Below, one piece after another: positions 9,155-17,683 of a stretch of DNA of 64,000 nt. A program made the translations under genes and the position numbers. The stretch is from NCBI GenBank assembly GCA_031383435.1, contig JANMZP010000005.1, forward strand, positions 9,007 through 73,006, given 5' to 3'. The first letter of the stretch is position 1. Every line of letters begins with the position of its first letter. Below the pieces are notes generated by a model that saw nothing but the letters and a program-made list of their open reading frames with translations, ran no database searches and was not told the origin of the DNA. Origin of the DNA: Betaproteobacteria bacterium (GTDB lineage Bacteria > Pseudomonadota > Gammaproteobacteria > Burkholderiales > Burkholderiaceae_C).

Positions 9155-9546
9155 CGCAGGCGGCCCAGGTAGAGCGCCATCGCGCGCGCGTCTTCGGGAG
9201 ACACGCCCATGTTCGGCATCAGCGTGCCCGGCACCAGCGCTGCCGGGTCGGCAATCCATCGCGCCAGCGCGACGGGTTCGTTGGCCATCCGGCCGGCGAT
9301 GTAGCTGCGCCGGCCGTAGCTGTGCAGCGAAGCGGCCCACTGCCCTTGTGCCCCGGCCACGCCGGGAATCACATGGCAACGGCCGCAGTGGTAGCGGGCC
9401 AGCAACTCGCGCCCGTTCAACGCCAGGGCGTCGTCAGGCGACTGCCCGGCAGGCCCTGCGTTGCATGCCGTCAGGGCCTGTGCGAAGACCCAGGCAACCC
9501 CCACGGTGAACACCAGGGCAATACGGTTTGCACCGTGGGTACTCAT
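9151..9546 (-). CDS. small c-type cytochrome, probable lipoprotein
   Basis: Start at ATG 9546 (MSTHGANRIALVFTVGVAWVFAQALTAC, a lipobox-like LTAC). One CxxCH motif (CGRCH) and a distal Met region (LMPNM). It is the first gene of the oxidase operon. Confidence 0.75.
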   Translation of the reverse strand: MSTHGANRIALVFTVGVAWVFAQALTACNAGPAGQSPDDALALNGRELLARYHCGRCHVIPGVAGAQGQWAASLHSYGRRSYIAGRMANEPVALARWIADPAALVPGTLMPNMGVSPEDARAMALYLGRLR

Positions 9547-9566
9547 GGCCGGAGTACCGTGGCGCC

Positions 9567-10403
9567 ATGCGAACCACCCTTGTGTTGTTGACCATCGTCG
9601 TGTCGGTGCTGCTTGCCGGCCTGGGTGCCGCAGCGTTCGTGTGGAGCGGCTGGTATGACATCTCGGCCACTGTGCAGCACACCCAGCCGGTGTACGCGCT
9701 GCTCGAAACAACCATGCACCAGTCCGTCAAGCGGCGCGCTGCAGCCATCGAGCCACCGGCGCTGGATGCACCGGCACTGGTGGCGCGTGGCGCGGGCTGC
9801 TACGTCGCCAAGTGCGTTCAATGCCACGGCGGACCGGGGGTGGCACCGGACGACATCGGCCGCAGCATGCAGCCGCTGCCGGGGCCGCTGGTCGATGCCA
9901 AACAGCGCTGGCGGCCGCAAGAGCTGTACTGGATCACGCGCCATGGCATCAAGATGAGCGGCATGCCCGCCTGGCAATACCGGCTGGCTGACGACGATCT
10001 TTGGGCCGTGGTTGCGTTCATGCAGCGCCTGCCGGTCTTGACGGCTGCTGAATTTCGCGGTCTCGTGCCAGCGGGTGCAGCGCCGGCCTGTGTGGCGGCC
10101 GCTGCACCATCGGCTGTGGTGGGCAGCAGCGCCGAACGGGGCCGTACCGCCATCACGCAATACGCCTGCAATGCCTGTCACCTGGTGCCCGGCATCACGG
10201 GTTCCGACGTGCACGTCGGCCCCCCGCTGTCGGGCCTGGCGCGGCGCGGTCTGATTGCCGGTGTGCTGCCCAACACGCCTGCCAACATGGTGCGCTGGCT
10301 GCGTGACCCGCACAGCGTCGACCCGCAGACCACGATGCCGGCGCTGCAGGTCACCGAGCAGGACGCGCACGACATGGCTGCCTATCTGGCACAGCTGGAT
10401 TGA
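9567..10403 (+). CDS. membrane-anchored diheme c-type cytochrome
   Basis: Start at ATG 9567 (MRTTLVLLTIVVSVLLAGL, a TM anchor). Two CxxCH motifs (CVQCH, CNACH). Divergent from the oxidase operon. Confidence 0.8.
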   Translation: MRTTLVLLTIVVSVLLAGLGAAAFVWSGWYDISATVQHTQPVYALLETTMHQSVKRRAAAIEPPALDAPALVARGAGCYVAKCVQCHGGPGVAPDDIGRSMQPLPGPLVDAKQRWRPQELYWITRHGIKMSGMPAWQYRLADDDLWAVVAFMQRLPVLTAAEFRGLVPAGAAPACVAAAAPSAVVGSSAERGRTAITQYACNACHLVPGITGSDVHVGPPLSGLARRGLIAGVLPNTPANMVRWLRDPHSVDPQTTMPALQVTEQDAHDMAAYLAQLD

Positions 10404-10407
10404 CCCC

Positions 10408-12627
10408 TCAGCCCATGATCAGTTTGTCGATGGTGATGGGCAGCTCGCGGATGCGCCGGCCGGTGGCGTGGAACACCGCGTTGGCCACCGCGGCGGCCGT
10501 GCCGACATTGGCCAGTTCACCGATGCCTTTGGCACCCGCCGGGTTGACGTCGGTGTCGACTTCGGGCACCAGGATCACGTCCACCTGCCGGATATCGGCG
10601 TTCACCGGGATCAGGTACTCGGCCAGGTTGTCGTTCATATAGCGCGCCTCGCGCTGGTCGATTTCGGTGTGCTCGTGCAGCGCCGAGCCGATGCCCCAGA
10701 TCATGCCGCCCATCAACTGGCTGTGCGCCGTGCGCGGGTTCATGATGCGGCCGGCAGCGAAGGCCCCCACGATGCGCGGCACGCGGATCTCACGGGTGCG
10801 CACGTGCACGCGCACCTCGACAAACTCGGCACCGAAGGCGAACATGGTCGGCGCACCGTTGCCGGCATTCACGCCACCGCTGATGTCGACACTGCCCTTG
10901 TACAGCCCGCCTGTGGTCTGCGAGCGGCTGCTCGATGGCACGAAGTTGCCGGTCTCCTCCACCGCACCGAGTTTCAGCTTCTCGAAGGCCGCCGTGCGCT
11001 GGGCGGCTGTGGCGCCGCTTGGCAAGCCCAGCCGCGCCAGCACCTGCTGGCAGGCCAGCTTGACCGCCGAACAGGCGCTTGCCGTGGTCACCGAGCCGCC
11101 CGAAACCGGACCCGGCGGCAGCAGCGTGTCGCCCATCGCCACCGACACCTGCGCCGGCGGAATCGACAGGGTCTCGGCCGCCATCTGCGCCAACACGGTG
11201 TAGGCACCGGTGCCCACGTCGTGGGCGGCAATTTCGACGCGGGCGGTGCCGTCGGCCAACAGCCGCACACGGGCCACCGCCGGCGAGACCTGCGTCGGGT
11301 AGGTGGCGGTGGCACAGCCCCATCCAATCAACCAGTCGCCGGCCCGCATCGAGCCCGGCTGCGGGTTGCGGCGCTGCCAGCCGAAAGCGGCGCTGGCGGC
11401 GTCGTAGCACGGCATCAGGCTGCGGCTGCTGTAGGGTTTGCCGGTGACCCGGTTCCTGTCGGTGTCGTTGATGCGGCGCAACTCGACCGGGTCCATCGCC
11501 AGCTTCACGGCCAATTCATCGACCGCACTTTCCAGCGCGAAGATCACCGGCATCTCGGCCGGCGCGCGCATGAAGATCGGCGGGTCGCGGTCGGCGCGCA
11601 CCATGCGGCCGGTGCTCATCACAGCCGGAAAAGCGTACATCGCCGCCGCGTTTTCCACGCCGCCGTTGACATACGGGTCGGTGCGGCCATTGAGTTCCCA
11701 CTGGTCATGGTGGTAGCCGGTGAAGCGGCCGTTGCGGCTGGCCCCGATGCGAACGCGGTGCCGGGTTTCATGCCGATGCCCCGAGATGGTGAAGCCCTGA
11801 TCGCGGGTGGCCACCAGCTTCACCGGACGGCCCAGCTGGCGCGCCGCCAGGGCCACGAGCGCGGTGCGCTGGGTCAGCGCGCCCTTGGACCCGAAGGCAC
11901 CCCCAACGTAGTCGTTGACCACGCGGACTTTCTCCGGCGCGATGCCCAGTTGCCCCGCCAGGCCGGCGCGCAAGCCGTAGACGAATTGGCTGGGCTCGTA
12001 GACCGTCAACTCGTCGCCCGCCCAGTGCGCCGTGGTCGCAAACAGCTCCATCGGGTTGTGGTGCTGGGTCGGCGTGGCGTACTCGGCATCGTGGACCACG
12101 GCCGAACTGCGCAGCGCAGCCGCGGCGTTGCCCAGCACCGGGTCCTTGCGTTCGGGCAGCACGTCGGCGATGCGCTGCTCCAGCACGCCACGCGAACCGA
12201 AGGTCGCTGCAGGTGCCAAGCGCTGGTAGCGCACCGTGAAGCGGTGGGCGGCTTCACGGGCCGCTTCGAAACTGTCGGCCACCACCATGGCAATGATCTG
12301 CCCGTTGTGGGCAATCTCGGGCCCGGCCAGTGGCGGCATGGTCGTGATGCCGGCACCACCGGCAACGAAGTGCTTGACCGGCAGCAAGGGCGGCCGGTTC
12401 AGGTGGGTCAGGATCAGCAGCACGCCCGGCACGGCACGCGCGGCGGTCTCGTCCAACCCGACGATGCGCCCGCGCGCGATGGTGCTGGTGACGAGGTAGG
12501 CGTGGGCCGGGTTGCTGACGGGCATGTCCGACGCAAAGCGTGCCGCGCCGGTGACCTTGGCGCGGGCGTCGATGCGGGCGATGGACAGGCCCATGTTGGC
12601 CCCGACTTCGGGTACGGGTTGGCTCAT
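10408..12627 (-). CDS. xanthine dehydrogenase-family molybdopterin-binding large subunit (PaoC/YagR-like aldehyde oxidoreductase)
   Basis: 739 aa. The N-terminus ARIDARAKVTGAARFASD is typical of this family. ATGA overlap with the FAD subunit gene. Confidence 0.9.
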   Translation of the reverse strand: MSQPVPEVGANMGLSIARIDARAKVTGAARFASDMPVSNPAHAYLVTSTIARGRIVGLDETAARAVPGVLLILTHLNRPPLLPVKHFVAGGAGITTMPPLAGPEIAHNGQIIAMVVADSFEAAREAAHRFTVRYQRLAPAATFGSRGVLEQRIADVLPERKDPVLGNAAAALRSSAVVHDAEYATPTQHHNPMELFATTAHWAGDELTVYEPSQFVYGLRAGLAGQLGIAPEKVRVVNDYVGGAFGSKGALTQRTALVALAARQLGRPVKLVATRDQGFTISGHRHETRHRVRIGASRNGRFTGYHHDQWELNGRTDPYVNGGVENAAAMYAFPAVMSTGRMVRADRDPPIFMRAPAEMPVIFALESAVDELAVKLAMDPVELRRINDTDRNRVTGKPYSSRSLMPCYDAASAAFGWQRRNPQPGSMRAGDWLIGWGCATATYPTQVSPAVARVRLLADGTARVEIAAHDVGTGAYTVLAQMAAETLSIPPAQVSVAMGDTLLPPGPVSGGSVTTASACSAVKLACQQVLARLGLPSGATAAQRTAAFEKLKLGAVEETGNFVPSSSRSQTTGGLYKGSVDISGGVNAGNGAPTMFAFGAEFVEVRVHVRTREIRVPRIVGAFAAGRIMNPRTAHSQLMGGMIWGIGSALHEHTEIDQREARYMNDNLAEYLIPVNADIRQVDVILVPEVDTDVNPAGAKGIGELANVGTAAAVANAVFHATGRRIRELPITIDKLIMG

Positions 12628-13658
12628 GTTGCAAGCTCCATCGTTTTGGCCTGCAGCAGGGCTCGAACCAGCGTTTGCTGGCCGAGCGGGATGCGAAAGG
12701 CGTTGTGTTGGCGCGGTTTGGCACCCGCAAAAGCGGCACGCGCAGCGGCTGCGGCGTTGGATTCGGTCAGGGGCTTGCCGGTCAGCAGCGCCTCGGCTTC
12801 ACGGGCCCGCCAGGGCACCGCCACCGGGCCGCCCAGACCGATGCGCACCGCGCGCACGGTGTCGCCGTCCAGATCGAGGGCCACCGCCGCGCTGGCCAGT
12901 GCGAATTCATAAGACTCGCGGTCGCGCACCTTCAGGTACAGCGAACGGCGGGTGTGCGCTGCGGCAGGAATGAAGAATCCCGTGATCAGCTCGCCGGGTG
13001 CCAGCGTGGTCTCGATGTGGGGCGTGTTGCCTGGCAGCCGGTGCAAGCGCGCGAAAGGCAGCGCGCGGGTGCCGCCGCTGCCCAACACCTGCACGCTGGC
13101 GTCCAGCGCCATCAGCGCCGTCGCCCAGTCACCCGGGTAGCTGGCAATGCACTGCTCGGAGGTGCCCAGCACGGCCTGCCAGCGGTTCTCGCCATCCATT
13201 GCCGCACAGCCTGAGCCCGGTGCGCGCTTGTTGCAGGGCCAGCTGGTGTCGCGAAAGTACGCGCAGCGCGTGCGCTGCAAGACGTTGCCACCCACCCGCG
13301 CCATGTTGCGCAACTGCTGCGATGCGGCCAGCTGCAGCGATTCGGCAACCACCGGGTAGTCACGCCGCACCCCCAGGTGGTCGGCGACCTGGCGCATGGT
13401 GGCCAGCGCGCCAATGGACAGGCCCTGCGGGCTGATGGCGATGGCGTGCATCTGCGGCGCAGCGATGCGCGTGATGTCGATCAACTGCGCCGGGCGCATC
13501 ACGTCGAGCTTCATCAGATCGATCAGCGTGGTGCCGCCGGCCAGGTAGTGCACCCCGCCGCCTTGGGCTGCGCGGTCCGCCGGTCCGGCTGGGGCTGCCA
13601 TGGCGGCCTGCACTGCGGCCGTGGCATCGGTGGCGAAGGTGAAAGTGAAGGGGCGCAT
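12624..13658 (-). CDS. xanthine dehydrogenase-family FAD-binding subunit (PaoB/YagS-like)
   Basis: Start moved to ATG 13658 (MRPFTFTFATD), overlapping the stop of the Fe-S subunit gene. FAD-binding-5 type motif (HYLAGGTTLIDLMKLDV). Confidence 0.85.
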   Translation of the reverse strand: MRPFTFTFATDATAAVQAAMAAPAGPADRAAQGGGVHYLAGGTTLIDLMKLDVMRPAQLIDITRIAAPQMHAIAISPQGLSIGALATMRQVADHLGVRRDYPVVAESLQLAASQQLRNMARVGGNVLQRTRCAYFRDTSWPCNKRAPGSGCAAMDGENRWQAVLGTSEQCIASYPGDWATALMALDASVQVLGSGGTRALPFARLHRLPGNTPHIETTLAPGELITGFFIPAAAHTRRSLYLKVRDRESYEFALASAAVALDLDGDTVRAVRIGLGGPVAVPWRAREAEALLTGKPLTESNAAAAARAAFAGAKPRQHNAFRIPLGQQTLVRALLQAKTMELAT

Positions 13659-14302
13659 CAGGCTCTGCCCATCAGCGGTGCGGCCTGGCGCACGGCAGCG
13701 ACGATGTTCGGGTAAGCAGCGCAACGGCACAGGTTGCCGCTCATGTACTCGCGAATCTCGTTGTCATTGCTTGCGCGCCCTTCCTGCACACAGGCCACCG
13801 CGCTCAGGATCTGCCCGGGGGTGCAGTAGCCGCACTGGAAGGCATCGTTGTCGACGAAGGCCTGCTGCATCGGGTGCAGCCTGTCGCCCGTCGCCAGCCC
13901 TTCGATGGTGGTGACGGCGTAGCCCTGGGCCTGCGCCGCCAGCGTCAGGCACGACAGCACCCGTTGGCCGTCCAGCAGCACCGTGCACGCGCCACATTGG
14001 CCGTGGTCGCAGCCCTTCTTGGTACCCATCAGGCCGACGTGTTCGCGCAGGGCGTCGAGCAGCGCGGTGCGCGGGTCCAGGTTGAGTGCATGGTCACTGC
14101 TGTTCACACGCAAGGTCATGGGCAGCCCATGCAACGGGCCGGCAGGAGCGGCCGTCAACGGCAGGGGCCCTGCTGCCGGTGTCTGCGCCAGCGCCGTCGC
14201 CGGCAGGCCGCTCGCCAGCGGCGCAGCGGCCGTCGCGGCGGTGCTCATCATGAAGGTCCGCCGCGACAGTGGGGCGTCTGGGGGCCGTATCGAATCCGTC
14301 AT
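13658..14302 (-). CDS. (2Fe-2S)-binding small subunit with twin-arginine signal (PaoA/YagT-like)
   Basis: Tat motif SRRTFMMSTAATAAAP. Two 2Fe-2S cysteine clusters (CDHGQCGACTV and CGYCTPGQ ... CRC). Confidence 0.9.
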   Translation of the reverse strand: MTDSIRPPDAPLSRRTFMMSTAATAAAPLASGLPATALAQTPAAGPLPLTAAPAGPLHGLPMTLRVNSSDHALNLDPRTALLDALREHVGLMGTKKGCDHGQCGACTVLLDGQRVLSCLTLAAQAQGYAVTTIEGLATGDRLHPMQQAFVDNDAFQCGYCTPGQILSAVACVQEGRASNDNEIREYMSGNLCRCAAYPNIVAAVRQAAPLMGRA

Positions 14303-14346
14303 GTTTCATCGCTCCTGCAGGTACTGTGTGGGAAGCCCATGCGCCT

Positions 14347-16506
14347 TCAGCGCGGGGACCCGGAAAGTTCACGTTGTGGATGGCGGTGCTTGCCGAGCGC
14401 AGCGACAAAAGCCGCCAGCGCCCCGTCGATCTCGGCTGCGCTGCCCAGCACGATGCCGGGATCGGCTTGGCCGCCCGCCAGCGTGGCCGACGCGCCAGCC
14501 CGTTCGAGCAGGGCTTTCGACGCACCGATCGCCAGGATGGTCTTGCCGTGCCGGTACGGGTTGGCGATGAAGTCCATCACCTCGACGTGACCGCCGAGCA
14601 CCTTCAAACCACCGGCACCGTCGGGCAGGATCAGCCCGTCGAAGAGCACGGGTGCGGCGTTCTCCAGCGTGGCGGTGGCATTGAAGGGCTTGCCGTTCAG
14701 GGGCGTCACCAGACCCAGGCGCGGCGCGATCAAGTGGACCGTGGCACCTGCCGCGCGCAGTGCGGCTTGGGCGGCCGCGACCGACTGGCCGTCCACCCCG
14801 TCGGCCACCAGGATGGCCACGCTGCGCGACCGGATGCCGCCGTCGCCCGGCAAGGCCGTCAGCGAGAGCGCAGCCGAGGTCGTGACTTCGGGCCGGGCCG
14901 GATGTGCCAGCACCCTGGGCATCGCCTGCGGCACGGCCAGGCCCAAGCCGGCGGCCACCGTGGCGGCGAGTTCTGCCGACACATTGACCAGCGACGAGAG
15001 CATGCGCTCGCGGATCGCGGGCACCGTGAGCTTGCTCAGTTCGAAGCGGAAGCCGCCTGCGATGTGCGCTTTCTCGACCGCGGTCTGGCTGTCGTAGAAC
15101 AGCGTGGCCTGGGTGTAGTGGTCAGCAAACTTTTCCGGCCTGCCGCGCACCTTGTCGCCCTGCCCCGCGTCCAGGGGCTGCGGGAACGAGACAAAGCCCG
15201 CCGCGCCGGCCTGGAACGGACAGCCGCCGCCGAGTGAGTTGGGTTCGTAGGCGACACGGCCGCGCGCAATGGTCTGGCGGTGCAGGCCGTCACGCTGGTT
15301 GTTGCGCACCGGTACCAGCGGCGCGTTGATCGGAATCTCGTGGAAGTTGGCACCACCCAGGCGGGTGATCTGGGTGTCGATGTAGGAATGGATGCGGCCG
15401 GCCAGCAAGGGATCGTTGCTGAAGTCGATGCCCGGCACCACGTGCGCGGTGCAGAAGGCGACCTGCTCGGTCTCGGCAAAGAAGTTGTCCGGGTTGCGGT
15501 TCAGCACCATGCGGCCGACAGGCGTCAGCGGAACCAGTTCTTCGGGGATGAGCTTGGTGGCGTCGAGCACGTCGAAGCTGAAGCGCTCGGCCTGGGCCTC
15601 GGTGAAGATCTGCAGGCCCAGTTCCCATTCGGGGTATTCGCCCGATTCGATGGCTTCCCACAGATCGCGACGGTGGAAGTCGGAGTCGGCACCCGAGATC
15701 TTCACCGCCTCGTCCCACACCAGCGAATGGGTGCCGAGCTTGGGCTTCCAGTGGAACTTGACGAAATGCGACTCGCCCTGCGCGTTGACCAGCCGGTAGG
15801 TGTGCACGCCGAAGCCCTGCATCATGCGCAGGCTGCGCGGTATGCCGCGGTCCGACATCACCCACATCAGCGTGTGCGTGGTTTCGGGCATCAGCGAAGC
15901 GAAGTCCCAGAACGTGTCATGGGCCGAAGCAGCCTGCGGCATGCCGTTGTGCGGCTCGGGCTTGACGGCATGGATCAGGTCGGGGAACTTCATCGCGTCC
16001 TGGATGAAGAACACCGGCACGTTGTTGCCCACCAGGTCCCAGTTGCCCTCGTCGGTGTAGAACTTGACGGCGAAGCCGCGGACGTCGCGAGCCGTGTCCG
16101 CCGAGCCCCGTTCGCCGGCCACCGTCGAGAAACGCGTGAACACGGGCGTGATCTTGCCGGCGGTCTGGAACGGTGCCGCACGTGTGAATTCGGTCAACGG
16201 CTGGTAGGCCTCGAAGTAGCCGTGTGCCGCCGAGCCGCGCGCATGCACGATGCGCTCGGGTATGCGCTCGTGGTCGAAGTGGGTGATCTTCTCGCGCAGG
16301 ATGAAATCTTCCAGCAGGGTCGGCCCGCGCAGACCGGCTTTCAGCGAGTGCTGGTTGTCGCCGATGGCCACGCCCTGGTTGGTGGTCAGGGTCTGCGCTG
16401 CAGTGCCCGCCGGCACCACCGCGAGGGCACCCGCCGGCGCGCCGTGTTCGGCAACAGGCGGGGCCTCGACTGCTTTGGGACGCTGGGCCTGGGTTTCTTT
16501 TTTCAT
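14347..16506 (-). CDS. katE: large-subunit catalase (HPII type)
   Basis: 719 aa. Catalase core motifs ([35 protein letters not shown]) plus a C-terminal flavodoxin-like extension typical of HPII. Confidence 0.95.
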   Translation of the reverse strand: MKKETQAQRPKAVEAPPVAEHGAPAGALAVVPAGTAAQTLTTNQGVAIGDNQHSLKAGLRGPTLLEDFILREKITHFDHERIPERIVHARGSAAHGYFEAYQPLTEFTRAAPFQTAGKITPVFTRFSTVAGERGSADTARDVRGFAVKFYTDEGNWDLVGNNVPVFFIQDAMKFPDLIHAVKPEPHNGMPQAASAHDTFWDFASLMPETTHTLMWVMSDRGIPRSLRMMQGFGVHTYRLVNAQGESHFVKFHWKPKLGTHSLVWDEAVKISGADSDFHRRDLWEAIESGEYPEWELGLQIFTEAQAERFSFDVLDATKLIPEELVPLTPVGRMVLNRNPDNFFAETEQVAFCTAHVVPGIDFSNDPLLAGRIHSYIDTQITRLGGANFHEIPINAPLVPVRNNQRDGLHRQTIARGRVAYEPNSLGGGCPFQAGAAGFVSFPQPLDAGQGDKVRGRPEKFADHYTQATLFYDSQTAVEKAHIAGGFRFELSKLTVPAIRERMLSSLVNVSAELAATVAAGLGLAVPQAMPRVLAHPARPEVTTSAALSLTALPGDGGIRSRSVAILVADGVDGQSVAAAQAALRAAGATVHLIAPRLGLVTPLNGKPFNATATLENAAPVLFDGLILPDGAGGLKVLGGHVEVMDFIANPYRHGKTILAIGASKALLERAGASATLAGGQADPGIVLGSAAEIDGALAAFVAALGKHRHPQRELSGSPR

Positions 16507-16919
16507 GTTTCAGCTTTGTTGGGTGATGGGGAAGGGTCGCCCACTCAGTTCACGAAAATCGCAATCGGGATGCAAGGACACCGCATCGCTCGGTGCGCGG
16601 CTGCTGACCAGGAAATTGCCTAGAGGGCCCCGGGGGCGAACGGAGTCTTCGGCGGTCAGGGCGGCAAGGGTTGCGATGGCAATTCCTGTGATGGTGTGAT
16701 GGGTGCAGGGCTGGGTCGGCCCCAGCGCAGGCACTTGGGGTCGACGGCGAAGCGGACGATCAAGCAAGGGCCCATGGCGGTCTGTGCGCTTGCGCACCAC
16801 CCCGAAACCGCGCGCTCTGCAGAGACCCTGCACAGCGACGGGACGCCGCCGCAGCCTGGTGGCGCGGAACGGTCTCAGCGAGGCCAGGATGCCGCTGCCC
16901 GCGCCGCTGCCGGCGGCCG

Positions 16920-17683
16920 TCAAGCCGCGTCGCGCGCCAGTCGCAAACCGCTGAACTGCCAGCGGGCGTCAGGGGGGAAGAAGTTGCGGTAGCTGGCGCG
17001 GCTGTGGCCCGGCGGCGTGGCGAAGGAAGCGCCGCGCAGCACCATCTGGTTGATCATGAACTTGCCGTTGTATTCGCCCACCGCACCGGCCCAGGGGCGA
17101 AAGCCCGGGTAGGCGCTGTAACTGCTGGCCGTCCACTGCCAGGCCGTGTCGAACACCTGCAGCAACGCGCTGGACGTGCTGACGGCATGCTCCCATTCGG
17201 TCTCGGTGGGCAGGCGCAGCGGCAGGCCGTCGCGCACGGCGCGCCAGTGCGCGTAGGCGTCGGCCTCGAAGTAGCTGATGTGGCACACCGGCGCTGCGGC
17301 GTCGACGGCCTGCAGGCCGGCCAGCGTGTAGCGCTGCCAGGCACCCCCTTCGCCGCGCCGCCAGTACAACGGCGCTTCGATGCGCTGGCTGCGCAGCCAG
17401 TCCCAGCCGGCCGACAACCACCAGCGCACATCGCCGTAGCCGCCATCGGCGATGAATTCAGCCCATTCGCCTTGCGTGACCAGGCGGTTGGCCAGCGCAT
17501 AAGGCTGCAGCCACTGGCTGTGGCGTGGCCCTTCGTTGTCGAAGGCAAAGCCCTCGCTGCAGGGCTGGTGTCGGGCATGGACTGCACCTGGCAGTCGGCC
17601 TCGCTCAGGGGCCCAGCCAGAGCCTCGGTGTGGGCCCGAACTTCGGCATAACGGGTGTGGGTCTTCAATGCGCCTGTTCCCAA
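16920..17683 (-). pseudogene. egtB: egtB (ergothioneine sulfoxide synthase) remnant with a large internal deletion and frame change
   Basis: The frame of ORF 17054..17683 gives an EgtB-like N-terminus (RYAEVRAHTEALAGPLSEADCQVQSMPDTSP) that then degenerates. A different frame, from about 17550, gives GFAFDNEGPRHSQWLQPYALANRLVTQGEWAEFIADGGYGDVRWWLSAGW ... GEYNGKFMINQMVLRGASFATPPGH ... RWQFSGLRLARD, which is an FGE-sulfatase-type C-terminal domain. The two parts total about 250 aa, whereas EgtB is typically about 430 aa. Confidence 0.75.

Noticed and set aside
16510-16923. 137-aa minus-strand ORF in the katE/egtB gap, considered as a possible egtD remnant.
   Set aside because: I translated all three minus-strand frames and found no SAM-methyltransferase or EgtD-like motifs. 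The composition is Arg/Pro-rich and looks like noise. The region more probably holds the katE promoter and leader.
17054-17683. 209-aa ORF treated as an independent gene.
   Set aside because: Only its first ~41 aa resemble EgtB. The rest is out of frame relative to the FGE-type domain encoded in the frame of 16920..17429. It is better explained as one disrupted egtB.
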